A DNA stretch of 64,000 nucleotides from Kiritimatiellia bacterium (GCA_050949565.1 JBMNFY010000017.1:160001-224000); one strand, 5' to 3'. Counted from the stretch's first letter, positions 30,169 to 40,581 are shown. Notes: generated from the letters alone by a model not told the origin. Made by a program: numbers and translations.

Positions 30169-33100
30169 CTACCGCACGAAGAGCACCGTGCCCTGGCTGG
30201 ATATCCAGTAACCGTCTGAACGCATGGACACGCGAGCATTGCCGGCACCCTGACCGCCCGAAACATGCCAAGTGGGCGTTGTGAGCGCCATGCCTGTAAA
30301 GCCAATCAGCTTCGCCTGTGAAGGAACAGGATCCAGCGCAAGGTTCACCGTGCCAAGCGCCACATCACCGTTCACATTGAAGAGCGTGCAGGAATCGGCA
30401 TTTGCATCATTCCATACGCGCGTCCAGTCCACCGTTCCCTCCGTGGCAAGGCCGCCGAGTGTCACCGTGTCCGCCGCATGGTCGAGGGTGGTGCCGTCCG
30501 CCATCGTCAGTATGGTTTCAGCGCCCAGCGTGGGCGCGGCAGCATAACCCGTGAGCCATGCGGGAGGCGTGGCGCTGCCCGTGCCCTTGTTCAACCACTT
30601 CTTGCGCAAGTAGGCGAAGAGTTCTGCCTCCTGATCGTGCGTGAGCGGCTGCGTGGTGGCGATGAGTTCGCCGATCTGGCCGTACCACATGCGATTTCTG
30701 GGGTCATCGTCTCCGTACCACTGCGGAGCACCATCCTTCATCAGGCGTCCGCCAAGTTGCACGAGATCGATATCGAGAGGTTCGCGGCCGCCCAAAACCA
30801 CTCCCCTCGGCACAGACGTCACGCTTGTTCCATTCGTCTCGTAGGCGACCAGCGCCGCATCGGCAACCGTATGAACCACGAAGAGGTATGGATCCCCTGT
30901 GATCGGGTTGCTAGTCCCCGGAGAACCGCCTGCGCCCTGTCCGTCATCCACGGTCATGTTCAACTCGTTATTCTCGGAGCAAAAACACACGCCCGGCTGC
31001 GCCTCCTCGGAAGCCGCCAACGTCGTGCGGGCGAAGGAGAAGGCACCACCCCATTTGCCGTATCCCCCGCCGCTATATCCTGTGGGGTGCAATGTCCATT
31101 GCGTCCGTTTGGCCGCCATGTAGATGTGGAGGGAGCGCGGCGAGGTCCGGTTCGTGTAGCTGTCGAGCGCGAGCGCCTGAGCGCCGCTGAACTGGAAGGT
31201 CGCGTTCCCGTTGATGCCGTCCGCTACGAGGGAGGGAGCGCCCGGCACCGTGGCCGTACTGCGTCCATTGATCGTAAAGCGACCTCCCGCAGCACCTTTG
31301 TTCACAAGGTTCGTCACAAGGTTGTTCGCATCAAGCGTATATGTGGAAGCGTCCGTCGCATCCACCCAGATGTCCACCTGAGGCGGCATCGCGTCCCGCG
31401 CGAACGCAATTCCACCGGCCGCGACATCCACATAGCCCGCGCCGGTAATCGCCCCGCCGAGGCGGAGCGTGCCCGCACCCGTTTTTGCGACATCCAGCGC
31501 CACGCCTTCCGTCGTCGTCCCCGCATTGAACGCGAGATGCGCCGTGGCGTTCTCCGGCACTTCCACGGCGAGCGTGCTCGCGAGCGCCTTTGCCTGCTCA
31601 TCCGACAGCGTGCCCGCACCGAACCACTTGCTCTGTAAGTAGGCGTAGATCGTCGCCGTCTCCTCCGCCGTCAGATCACGCGAAAACACGAGCACCTCGC
31701 CAATCTGACCGATGTACGCGCGATTGGACGTGTGGCCGGCTCCCAAAATCTGCGGCGCACCCGCACGTAAGCGCGCGCCGATGGCCGTAGCGTCGATGTC
31801 ACAGTTGCCCAAGCCCGCAGGCGTGTTCGTTGCGATCACATATCCGCCATCGCGCCACACGCCCGTATAGATGATCTTCCGCCCGCCATCACGTCCGGAG
31901 TGCGTGATGTAAGGCTCGCCCACCGTCAAGCCGGTGTTCAAGCTGGAGACACTGCCATCTTGAGAGTACGTGCTGAGAATAGAGAAATTCGCTGTATTGT
32001 CGTGCTGGTAACTGAGCGCCCCAGCACACTGGTTGTCGTCTCTGGTGGGATCGGAGTACACCAACGGGTCTTTAGCGGTCATCGAGAAGGGGCCGCCCCA
32101 CCGGCCTGCGCCGCCGGTGCCGCTCCAACTTGTCCATTTCGAAACAAGGAACACGGTCGCGCGCGCATCGCGGTTCGTGTAGGCCGTGGTGACGAGTCCT
32201 TGGCTACCGTTGAAGAAGAGCGTACCGCGGCCGTTGATGCCGTCCGCCACGTAGGTCGGCGGCATAGGCATGTAGCTACCCAGGCCCCTCACGTTGTCAA
32301 ACGTACCGCCCGCCGTGCCGAGGTTCGGTACACTGCTCACCGCAGCGCCGTCCTCAAGACCAAGGCGCGAAGCATCGAACCACACGTCCGCCGTACCGCA
32401 GAGGGCAGAGGCAAGATCGGTGGCATTGACAATCTGCGCCTCGTCATCCAGCACGATCTTCGCCCGAGGCGATACGTTAAGCTTCAGCTGATCGTCGAGG
32501 TGTCCCTTCGGACCTAACGCCACCGTGCCGTCCTGAATATCGAACGTGCCGCGCGTGCCGACCGGACGTAGCAGCTTCAACGTGCCGCCGCCTGTCTTCA
32601 CAAGCCCCGCGTAGTTGGGGTTCAGCGTGTTGGCGGACCATCCAAACTGGAGCATCGTATCCACCTCAAGCGTCGCGCCGTCCTTGACGTCGAACACCGT
32701 CCTGCGCGTCCCGTGCGCGAGGTGGCATTGGTGCGCCTCAATGCGCGCGGGACGGCCGTCCACGGACGGTATCACCGTGATGGGACCGTTCAGACCGAAT
32801 CCCTTCCACTTGGCTCCGCTTTCAAGCTCATGCGAATTGCTCCTGAGCTGGGCGTAATAAGCGAACATCCGTCCACCGCGCAACACCACGTTGCAGAGGG
32901 GCGTGTGGGTATCCCGCTGAGAGATTTCGATTCTGCCCTCTTCATGCACTTCAAGCGTGAGCACATATTGGGCCGTGTGACCGCCGAACACATCGCCGTT
33001 ATACAGTTTGATGCGGCCTTCGTGGATCACCCAGGTCGTTCCCCTGAGATCCGCCAGCGGGGAGTAGAACTGGGTGTTCAGCCGCCACTCCCCCGCGCCC

Positions 33101-34581
33101 GTCTTCGTGACACGGGCACCGGCCGAGTAGAAGTAGTTGGAGTGGGTGCCGAATTGGATGCCCTCCGGCACGTTGAATGACGAAGCGTCCTTGAAGGTGA
33201 TGCGCGTGCGCCCTTGGTTGAAAGAGCCCGTGATGCCGAGCCCGGCACCGCCCAGCACCGTCACGCCTCCCGAACCGAAGCAGCTTTCCGCCGCGACGTT
33301 CACAAGGCCTTCTTGGATCGTGAGGGAATCATATCTCGTCTCGTTCCCGGTGGGCAGGACGAGCGTGCCGCTCCCCGTTTTGATGATATCCGTGTAGGGC
33401 CCCACACCCGGCGCCGCTTCCACGAGCGAGGTGATCTCCACCGTCTGGCCCGCAGCCACGTTGACCGTCACGTCGCCACCCGTCAGATAGAGAACGCCGT
33501 CGTTTAAGGGCGAACCGATCGTGCCTTGCTCGGCCACCGTCACCGTCACACCCGCCGCCACATCCGGGAACGCCGCCACGCCCGCCCCCGTTTTCGTGAT
33601 CGTGCCCGAACCCGACACCGGCGGACACGTAAACGTCACGCCCGGCATCACCTGAAGCGTCACGTTACCCGACACCACCAACGCCCCCGTCCCGAGCGCC
33701 CGCGCGTCGCCGATCACGATCGTGCCGCCTTCAATGTAGGTACCGCCCGTCCAGCCACCCGGCTTAAGGAAAACGAGTTCACCCGCCCCGCGCTTCGTGA
33801 GCCGATTCGGAACGCCTCCATTCGAAAAACCATTCGTGAGAGTGCCATCGATAATCAACCGCGCCCCCGCCTCCACGTTCATCACACAGTTCGTGCGGCC
33901 GCAGTGGCCAAGGAAGCCCCGAGTCATGAAATACATGTAACTGTCCGTCGCGCAGGCATGCGCCGTCACGCCGCCATCAAGCGAAGCGTCCGTCCACTGG
34001 TAGTCAACCATCCCATTGCGGCTCAGGAACGTCCCGCCCGTGAGTTCAACCGGACCTACCACGCCATGGGCGGTACCGTGGTCGTAGATGGCACCCTCGC
34101 GCACGTCGATCGTCACGTTCGTGTCCGCTGTGGTGTGCCCGCCCCAGAAGTCGCCGTTGTTGCACTGCCATTTGCCTTCCGCGATAATGAAGCGCGTCTG
34201 CACACCAGCCGCCCTGCCGAGCCCCTGCGCCCGGAGTGTCCCCGCGCCCTGCTTGACGAACGTGTGGCCCAAGAGGCCCTGCGCGAATTTCGCTCCGCTG
34301 CTGAAGAACACTTCCTTGCCTTCGGCCACTTCGATCACACCCGTGGCATTCAATCCGTCGCCGGCAATGGAATAGGATTTGGCACACGTCATGGAGGCAC
34401 CAAAAGCAACACCGCCGCCATTCATCATCACCACGTTCGTCACGGATCCAAGATCCGCTTCGGCCGTAACGTTCGTTACGAGTCCATCAAGCGTCAGAAT
34501 TCCATCGGTCACAGTTGCCGTACCTGCAACCAGTGCAGTGGTTGCACAAGCGGACATCATCGCGAGCAGGATTTTCTTCAT
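30169..34581 (-). CDS. Large secreted protein with autotransporter-associated beta-strand repeats and two LamG-like domains
   Basis: GAGGAG RBS, signal peptide MKKILLAMM, repeated KxGxGTL motifs, two W-x-DA...GQIGE...YLxxKW modules; ends GTVLFVR with no beta-barrel. Confidence 0.85.
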   Translation of the reverse strand: MKKILLAMMSACATTALVAGTATVTDGILTLDGLVTNVTAEADLGSVTNVVMMNGGGVAFGASMTCAKSYSIAGDGLNATGVIEVAEGKEVFFSSGAKFAQGLLGHTFVKQGAGTLRAQGLGRAAGVQTRFIIAEGKWQCNNGDFWGGHTTADTNVTIDVREGAIYDHGTAHGVVGPVELTGGTFLSRNGMVDYQWTDASLDGGVTAHACATDSYMYFMTRGFLGHCGRTNCVMNVEAGARLIIDGTLTNGFSNGGVPNRLTKRGAGELVFLKPGGWTGGTYIEGGTIVIGDARALGTGALVVSGNVTLQVMPGVTFTCPPVSGSGTITKTGAGVAAFPDVAAGVTVTVAEQGTIGSPLNDGVLYLTGGDVTVNVAAGQTVEITSLVEAAPGVGPYTDIIKTGSGTLVLPTGNETRYDSLTIQEGLVNVAAESCFGSGGVTVLGGAGLGITGSFNQGRTRITFKDASSFNVPEGIQFGTHSNYFYSAGARVTKTGAGEWRLNTQFYSPLADLRGTTWVIHEGRIKLYNGDVFGGHTAQYVLTLEVHEEGRIEISQRDTHTPLCNVVLRGGRMFAYYAQLRSNSHELESGAKWKGFGLNGPITVIPSVDGRPARIEAHQCHLAHGTRRTVFDVKDGATLEVDTMLQFGWSANTLNPNYAGLVKTGGGTLKLLRPVGTRGTFDIQDGTVALGPKGHLDDQLKLNVSPRAKIVLDDEAQIVNATDLASALCGTADVWFDASRLGLEDGAAVSSVPNLGTAGGTFDNVRGLGSYMPMPPTYVADGINGRGTLFFNGSQGLVTTAYTNRDARATVFLVSKWTSWSGTGGAGRWGGPFSMTAKDPLVYSDPTRDDNQCAGALSYQHDNTANFSILSTYSQDGSVSSLNTGLTVGEPYITHSGRDGGRKIIYTGVWRDGGYVIATNTPAGLGNCDIDATAIGARLRAGAPQILGAGHTSNRAYIGQIGEVLVFSRDLTAEETATIYAYLQSKWFGAGTLSDEQAKALASTLAVEVPENATAHLAFNAGTTTEGVALDVAKTGAGTLRLGGAITGAGYVDVAAGGIAFARDAMPPQVDIWVDATDASTYTLDANNLVTNLVNKGAAGGRFTINGRSTATVPGAPSLVADGINGNATFQFSGAQALALDSYTNRTSPRSLHIYMAAKRTQWTLHPTGYSGGGYGKWGGAFSFARTTLAASEEAQPGVCFCSENNELNMTVDDGQGAGGSPGTSNPITGDPYLFVVHTVADAALVAYETNGTSVTSVPRGVVLGGREPLDIDLVQLGGRLMKDGAPQWYGDDDPRNRMWYGQIGELIATTQPLTHDQEAELFAYLRKKWLNKGTGSATPPAWLTGYAAAPTLGAETILTMADGTTLDHAADTVTLGGLATEGTVDWTRVWNDANADSCTLFNVNGDVALGTVNLALDPVPSQAKLIGFTGMALTTPTWHVSGGQGAGNARVSMRSDGYWISSQGTVLFVR

Positions 34582-34736
34582 AGCAAGCACTCCTCTAAGG
34601 TCTTTCAGGGACATCTTAACATGCATCCTCTTCAACCTTCAACGAAAATACCCAAAAAAACGTGTGAATCTGCTTGCGGATACCCGTGCCACCCGATAAG
34701 ATTGTACTTTTTTTAACGGAAAGCAGAAAACATCAG

Positions 34737-35105
34737 ATGCGAACAGTAGCCTGTCCCACCAAAACGTCTTGCCATCTACACACGACACTTAAGATACGCT
34801 TGATCTTGTTGCGCGGTGTGATGCGTCGTTTTTTCCTGAACGTTTTCAACCCGCGTTATGTTCGCGAAAGCTTGGCGTTGCGGCAAGGCGAGTGCCGTCG
34901 CTGCGGCGTCTGCTGCCATCTGACCGCCAGCACCTGCGGCGCTCTGCGCTCTGATAAGGACGGGCACTCCTCATGCCGCCTTTACAAACTTTACAGGCTG
35001 CCGAACTGCTGCACCTTTCCGATCGACGCGCGCGACCTCGCCGACCGCAACCTCGTCGCGCCGGACATCCCCTGCGGTTATTTTTGGCCTTCCCTTGAAC
35101 GTTGA
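34737..35105 (+). CDS. Small cysteine-cluster protein (YkgJ/CxxCxxCC-like)
   Basis: CRRCGVCC...C...CRLY...RLPNCCTFP...CGYF; start uncertain. Confidence 0.7.
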   Translation: MRTVACPTKTSCHLHTTLKIRLILLRGVMRRFFLNVFNPRYVRESLALRQGECRRCGVCCHLTASTCGALRSDKDGHSSCRLYKLYRLPNCCTFPIDARDLADRNLVAPDIPCGYFWPSLER

Positions 35106-35118
35106 GCGTTGAACGTTC

Positions 35119-38112
35119 TCACATCGAGAGCGGTACGCGGAAAGTCACACAGGTTCCGCGACCGGGCGCGCTCTGGATGTCGAGCGTCCCGCCAGCTTCT
35201 TTCATGCGCCGCGCCATATTCCCGAGACCGTCATGCCCGACACCGCCCGGCTGGGAAGGGTCGAAGCCGACACCGTCATCCTCGACCCGCGCCTCCAGGA
35301 TATCGCCATCAAGGCGCAACGCGATGCGCACCTGCTTGGCTGATGCGTGCTTGAGCACATTTCCAACGGCCTCGCGTACCGCCAACAACAGGTGGTGGCG
35401 CGTCTTGGAAGCGATGGGACGTTCGACCAACTCTGCCGGACGCGTGAAATGAAAACGCAGGCCGGAATTACCTAGAAAATACTCGGTGTATTGCTCGAAA
35501 TAACTGATGAACGGCTCCCATCCGTCATTGGCCGGATTCACCGCCCAGACGGTCTCGTCCACGTTGCGCGCCAATTCATTGGCCACTTCGTAGATCTGAT
35601 CGAGCCGCTTGTGGACGGTCCCGTTTTCCACGTCGTTGTGCGCCAGTTCACTCAGCGTGGCCACGACCGAAAGACCGTTGCCCAGTTCATCATGAATGTC
35701 CCGCGAAATGCGTGCACGTTCCAACGCCAACGCCTCCTCGCGCTTGAGCAACGCCATCTGCAACTGATACCGGTGCCAGAGTATCCAGCGGGCAATCAGA
35801 AAGACCACGACCGCCAATCCGGTGGAGAGCAACAGATAGAACCACACCGTCTGCCAGAAATAGGCGCGCACCGTAAAGGGCTGAGAGATGCCGTCCAGAT
35901 TCCAGATGCCGCCAGCCTCTGCCACAACCTGCAACACATAATCGCCGGGCGGCAACCACTCGAAAACCGCTGTGCTTTCCGCCTGTACCGGCGACCAGCC
36001 TTGCCGCACGCCATCGACCCTATACCGGAAACGCACGGAGTCGGATTCGCCCGGTGCCAGTGCGGCGAATTTAAAAACAATGTTGCGCGCGCCCGGTGCC
36101 AACATCAGCGCGCGCGGATGGGACACCGCATTGTCAAAGATCGGTTGTCCGTTGACGCTCACGCCCTCCAGCGCCACGACCGGCGGCCGTCCGGAAAAAT
36201 CGATCTTGGCCGGGTCCACCACCGCAACACCATTTTCAAACGGGAACCAGATGCTGCTACGACGCGGCCCGCCGAGCGAAGCCGCACCACCCATGCAGCG
36301 CTTGCCCAGCAAGCCGTCCGAACTCCCCAGATGCAACATGCGCACTGCGATCGCCTGATCGCTCGCGGTCGTTCGCGCCAACCGCACAAGGTCTTCGAGG
36401 TACACGCAGAGCAACCCCTGGGTGGTGCCGAGCCAGAGACGGCCAAACGCATCCTCTGTGATCTGCAGCACGGCGTCATTGAAGCCACCCGCATGCCGCC
36501 CGATCGCAATCACAGCGTCACGCGCCACCAGAAACAGGCCGGCGGTGGTTCCGACCCAAAGATTGCCGGTCGTGTCGCGCATGACCACACGCGGATAACC
36601 GGCCAGCCCGGCCTCCTGACCGATCACCAGTTTGCCGCCGTCCGGAGCGATGCGCAGCAGGCCGAGCCGTTCACTGCAAAGCCAGAGCGCCCCGTCTGGA
36701 TCGCGATGCAAACCATGTACCGGCTCCGACACATGCGAACCGTAGACCACGGCTGTCTCCAACTCGCCGCTGACGGAGACGCGCATCAGCCCCTGCGGCG
36801 TGCCGGCCAGGATGCCCAGCGCGGCATCCTCAAACAGCGTGTATACCGTGTGTACCACCGGCATGCTGTAATCGCTCTGCGTGACCAGCGTCAGCGCCCC
36901 GTCGCGATACATAAAGAGTCCACCGCCCAACGTGCCCATCCAGACGCGCCCCGCCGTGTCCTGCAGTAACGCGCTCACCGGCACGTCAGCATCCAAGTAG
37001 AGTGTCTGCAACAAACGGCCTTCCTTACCGGTCAACCGTACCGCACGCCCCTTGTACCCCACCCACACGCTGTCATCCGCCATGCGGCGCAAGGCATAGG
37101 CGGTACCCGCCGTGGCGCGCCCTTCTGCGACAAGCGTACCGACGCTCTTCTTGCGGATGCGCAGCAACCCGCCGTCGCAAGCCGCCCAGATAGTGCCGTC
37201 GCGATCCTCGATCAGCGTGTTGACAGATAGGCTGCCCGGCGTGTCCTGCTCTTCGATCCGCTCCCAGCGCCCCGCCTCCCAGCGGAACATGCCAGTCGGA
37301 TTGCCGATCCACAGCCCGCCGTCCGAAACCTCCAGCATCACAGTGGCCATGCCCGCGTTTTCGGGAAAACCGATCGGCGTCCAGATGTTCTTCTCGCGGT
37401 ATGCCACCCCGTTGGGGCCGTAGACCCAGAGGCGACCCGAACGCCCCGCATGCACGCCATCGGCCGCCTCGACCAAGAAGTCGGGCAGGCGCATGCTCTG
37501 ATCGTCAAACCGTCCGTCACGGTATTCGACAAGCCCGTTCCACGCGGTCATCCAGATGCTGCCCGACTGATCCGAAGCGGCGCCGGTCACCGCGCCCAGC
37601 GTCGCGCGGTCATCCGGCGGCACCGGACAACGTTTGACGACAAACTGCGTGGTCACGTCGTCTGCTGCCGTTACCGCCTCAAGCAGACCGCGCTCAGCCA
37701 CGGCACGTATCACGCCATCCGGCGTCTCGACCATGCCCAGTATGTTTCCGACGGTTCCGGGCAGCGCCGCGGCCGACCAGACCTGCCACTCGCCAGTCAG
37801 ATAACGCGCCACGCCATTCTCGCCGTAGACCCACACGCCCTGCGCCTGTCCGCAAAAGACACCGGCCAACTCGCCCGTCTTTTCGCGCACGGCGACCGGT
37901 ACCGGCACGTCATAAAACTCAACGCCGTTGAAGCGGATCAACTGCACATGCGTCGCTAACCACAGGTAACCGTCCTCGGCCTGTGCCAGCCCCACGACCG
38001 GACTGCCCGGCAGTCGGTCCTCCACCGTCCACAGCTTGAGGGCATACGCCGTCGTCACGGCAGGCGCGGCCCGCAGAAGGCCCACCGCCAGCAACGCGGT
38101 CGCCAACACCAT
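35119..38112 (-). CDS. Sensor histidine kinase (beta-propeller + Y_Y_Y + HisKA_3 + HATPase)
   Basis: Repeated DxxGxLW blades, FRYRVDG...W...LPPGDY, TM helix, ERARISRDIHDELG, NVLKHA, DDGVGF, GLGNM, GRGT. Start uncertain. Confidence 0.92.
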   Translation of the reverse strand: MVLATALLAVGLLRAAPAVTTAYALKLWTVEDRLPGSPVVGLAQAEDGYLWLATHVQLIRFNGVEFYDVPVPVAVREKTGELAGVFCGQAQGVWVYGENGVARYLTGEWQVWSAAALPGTVGNILGMVETPDGVIRAVAERGLLEAVTAADDVTTQFVVKRCPVPPDDRATLGAVTGAASDQSGSIWMTAWNGLVEYRDGRFDDQSMRLPDFLVEAADGVHAGRSGRLWVYGPNGVAYREKNIWTPIGFPENAGMATVMLEVSDGGLWIGNPTGMFRWEAGRWERIEEQDTPGSLSVNTLIEDRDGTIWAACDGGLLRIRKKSVGTLVAEGRATAGTAYALRRMADDSVWVGYKGRAVRLTGKEGRLLQTLYLDADVPVSALLQDTAGRVWMGTLGGGLFMYRDGALTLVTQSDYSMPVVHTVYTLFEDAALGILAGTPQGLMRVSVSGELETAVVYGSHVSEPVHGLHRDPDGALWLCSERLGLLRIAPDGGKLVIGQEAGLAGYPRVVMRDTTGNLWVGTTAGLFLVARDAVIAIGRHAGGFNDAVLQITEDAFGRLWLGTTQGLLCVYLEDLVRLARTTASDQAIAVRMLHLGSSDGLLGKRCMGGAASLGGPRRSSIWFPFENGVAVVDPAKIDFSGRPPVVALEGVSVNGQPIFDNAVSHPRALMLAPGARNIVFKFAALAPGESDSVRFRYRVDGVRQGWSPVQAESTAVFEWLPPGDYVLQVVAEAGGIWNLDGISQPFTVRAYFWQTVWFYLLLSTGLAVVVFLIARWILWHRYQLQMALLKREEALALERARISRDIHDELGNGLSVVATLSELAHNDVENGTVHKRLDQIYEVANELARNVDETVWAVNPANDGWEPFISYFEQYTEYFLGNSGLRFHFTRPAELVERPIASKTRHHLLLAVREAVGNVLKHASAKQVRIALRLDGDILEARVEDDGVGFDPSQPGGVGHDGLGNMARRMKEAGGTLDIQSAPGRGTCVTFRVPLSM

Positions 38113-38136
38113 GCGGCGGCACCAATGCCGCCCTCC

Positions 38137-38420
38137 AATCCTGTCAATCACGTCAATCACGTCAATCCTGTCAAAAATTGGTGTGCGGTGACAAGAGCCG
38201 CACTGTGCGCGGACGGCGGCTCGTGAGGACACTCGCCCTCCAGTGCTATGTCTGGGCTCGCGGAACGCCGGGAGGGACAAGTGTCACTTGTCCGCGGACG
38301 AGCAGACGCTCGTCCCTCCCCAGCGGTGGCCACGCCGCCACCCCGTAAAAAATCTCTGCGTCTCCGCGCCTCTGCGTTAAAAAACTCTCAACTCTCAACG
38401 CTCAACTCCCAACGCTCAAC
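38137..38420. repeat. Composite intergenic repeat hub
   Basis: (AATCMYGTC)x4 at about 38137-38173; REP-like units at 38183-38242 shared with the 10.4-10.5 kb hub; inverted doublet GGAGGGACAAGTGTCACTTGTCC / GGACGAGCAGACGCTCGTCCCTCC at 38271-38319; CTCAACK heptamers at 38385-38420. Confidence 0.8.
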
Positions 38421-39440
38421 TTTTTGCGGGCGGGAACGCCCACCTCCGGCTGCAACCCGCGCAACGCCTCATCCGGCACAAACCCCGGGAACGCGGCGAA
38501 CGCCGCATCCACCACGCGCCGATACTCATGCACCGTGCGGCACACGCGCACGCCCTTCCAGAGCCGCTCACCGCCGACCAGCGCTTGATGCAGATAACTC
38601 CACAGTTCCTTCATGCGCCCCAGTACCGCGGCCGGTCCGTAAAGCTCCTCCTCGCACGCGGCCAGATAGTCATCCAGAAAACCTTTGAGCCGCATCGCAT
38701 CACGCGGCGGCGGCGTGTCCGTCGTCAGACGCGCAAAGACAAAGGGATCGATCGCCGCAGCGCGTCCGACCATCCAGCGCGTGATCTGCGGGAAGCGCGC
38801 TTTAAGCTGCAGGAAATCCGCGCGCGTGCGCAGATCGCCATTGTAGACCACGGGATGGCGACATGTGGCGAGCGCTGCGGCGAACGCCTCCACATCCACC
38901 GTCCCCTCATACATCTGCCGCGCGGTGCGCGCGTGGATCGTGACCTCCCGCAACGGGAAAGCCATTGATCACCGCCATACGCGCCAACAACAAGTCAGGA
39001 CGGTCAATGCCCAGCCGCACCTTCACTGAAAAGCCCTGCGGCAGTTCCTCGCAGCCGACCTCCAGCATACGCGAAAAAGCCGCTTCATCCCGCATCAAAC
39101 CGGCACCGCGCCCTTTGCGGACAATGAACGGATACGGGCACCCGGCATTGAGATCGGCGCGGGTATATCCCATCGCCTTAAACGCCCGCAATAGCGTACG
39201 CAACTGATCGGGATCTTTACCGATGACCTGCGGCACAACCGGCACGGACTGTCCTAATTCGGGATCGACATCCTTCAGCAGCAGCGGCTTGATTTTCGCG
39301 CCCGCGAAAGTCGGAATGAACGGCGCCACCGCACAGTCAGGCGGCGTAAACCAAGACGCCTGCAGATTGCGAAACGTCCTGACCGTGACCCCGCGCAGCG
39401 GTGCCAAGCAAAAGATATCGGGCTGTACAAGGTCAGACAT
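38402..39440 (-). CDS. tRNA-dihydrouridine synthase family protein, one frameshift near 38955-38960
   Basis: LAPLRGVT, DLNAGCP, GAGL, SVKVRLG in the first frame; TIHARTARQMYEG, YNGD, MVGR in the second. Confidence 0.85.
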
Positions 39441-39550
39441 GGGGTCAGCATATCAAACCGACCGCAGGGAACCAAGGCTGCAGCGCAAACGGCCGCTGGC
39501 CGTTGCGCTGAGTTAGGATTTAGGATTTAGGAGTTAGGTGCATTGTCCGG

Positions 39551-39578
39551 ACGGACGTGAACGTCCGTGGCCCGCCAC
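39551..39578 (-). repeat. REP element downstream of RAYT
   Basis: Minus strand GTGG-CGGGCC-ACGGACG TTCA CGTCCGT hairpin. Confidence 0.8.
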
Positions 39579-39617
39579 GCCAACGCTTGACGGAGTGGGT
39601 TGTATACAGTTCGCGTT

Positions 39618-40538
39618 TCAGTTTGAGCCGGAGGCACGCGGCGATGTTAAAGCAATGGCTTGAGCCCAGCGGTTGTTGCACAAGCAGTTCTCGCGGCGCG
39701 GTACCGCCTCCTCTGTATCGGGGAAGCCACTGAGTGCAAGCGTCAGGCCGGATGCGAGCCGTTCTGCCGCCGCGTGACCATGTGGCTTGTAACGCGACAG
39801 CCCCCACGGGTGCAGGTAGATAAGCCGACTGCGGGAGATCGCCGCTGCTTCGCGCGCCACCCGACGCTCGCCCGGCGAAATGAAACCGCCGATCAGCACT
39901 GCGCCCTCGCGAGCCAGCTCAAGAAACCGCGCAACCACCGCCTCCAGTTCTTCGCCTTCCAGCCGTCGGGAGATGATGACCGGCTCCAGCCAAGGGTAGT
40001 CTAACAGGGTGCGGTCGCCGTAGGCCGTCCACCGTGTTTCAGGTGGCAGACGCGGATGGACGACATCCGTTTGCTTGGCGAACCACTGCGGATTATCTTG
40101 CCGGAGTTGCCAGCGGCGCGGATTGTCACGCACGTAGTCGGCAAAGACGTTGAATGTCGCGGAAGTGAAGGCGACAAAGTCATGAAAGCCGGCCTCCCAT
40201 ACGCTGAGTGCCGGTGCGTTTTTCAGTCGCCGGATGGCCTGGCGGGAGCGGGCCTTCATCCGTTCGACGATCTGCGAAAGCGAGTAACGGGCACCGCCTT
40301 TGCAAACCAAGATGCCGTGAAAGTGGTCGGGCATCACCACGTTTATACGGAGGCTATAAGCTGGATCGTCAGCGGGTATGCGCTGCCACGCCTCTACCAC
40401 CGCCCGGCCTTCTGGGAAAAGCTGGATACGCCCATCTCGAATTTCTGACAGCAGCGCACGGCGCGGCGCAGTGGCAAACGTGATAAAGTAGTAGCCTTCA
40501 CCACGGTAGCCATGGGTTTTGAGGCGGGCAAAGTGCAT
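39618..40538 (-). mobile_element. REP-associated tyrosine transposase (HUH/Y1) fused to a DprA/SLOG-like C-terminal domain
   Basis: GYYFITF, VVMPDHFH (HUH), VWEAGFHD, DYVRDNP (catalytic Tyr). C-terminal YGDRTLL...GAVLIGGFISPGE...NCLCNN resembles the DprA Rossmann-like fold. Confidence 0.85.
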
Positions 40539-40553
40539 GGTTTCGGCTCCTGT

Positions 40554-40581
40554 TCAGACGTGAACGTCTGTGTTCCGCTAC
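40554..40581 (-). repeat. REP element upstream of RAYT
   Basis: Minus strand GTAG-CGGAAC-ACAGACG TTCA CGTCTG hairpin, same orientation as 39551-39578. Confidence 0.8.

Noticed and set aside
35491-36969. 492-aa plus-strand ORF
   Set aside because: Antisense shadow of the histidine kinase.
39618-40538. IS200/IS605 element with TnpB
   Set aside because: No tnpB/RuvC ORF is adjacent, and the GTRG-hairpin flanks and motifs fit the RAYT class.
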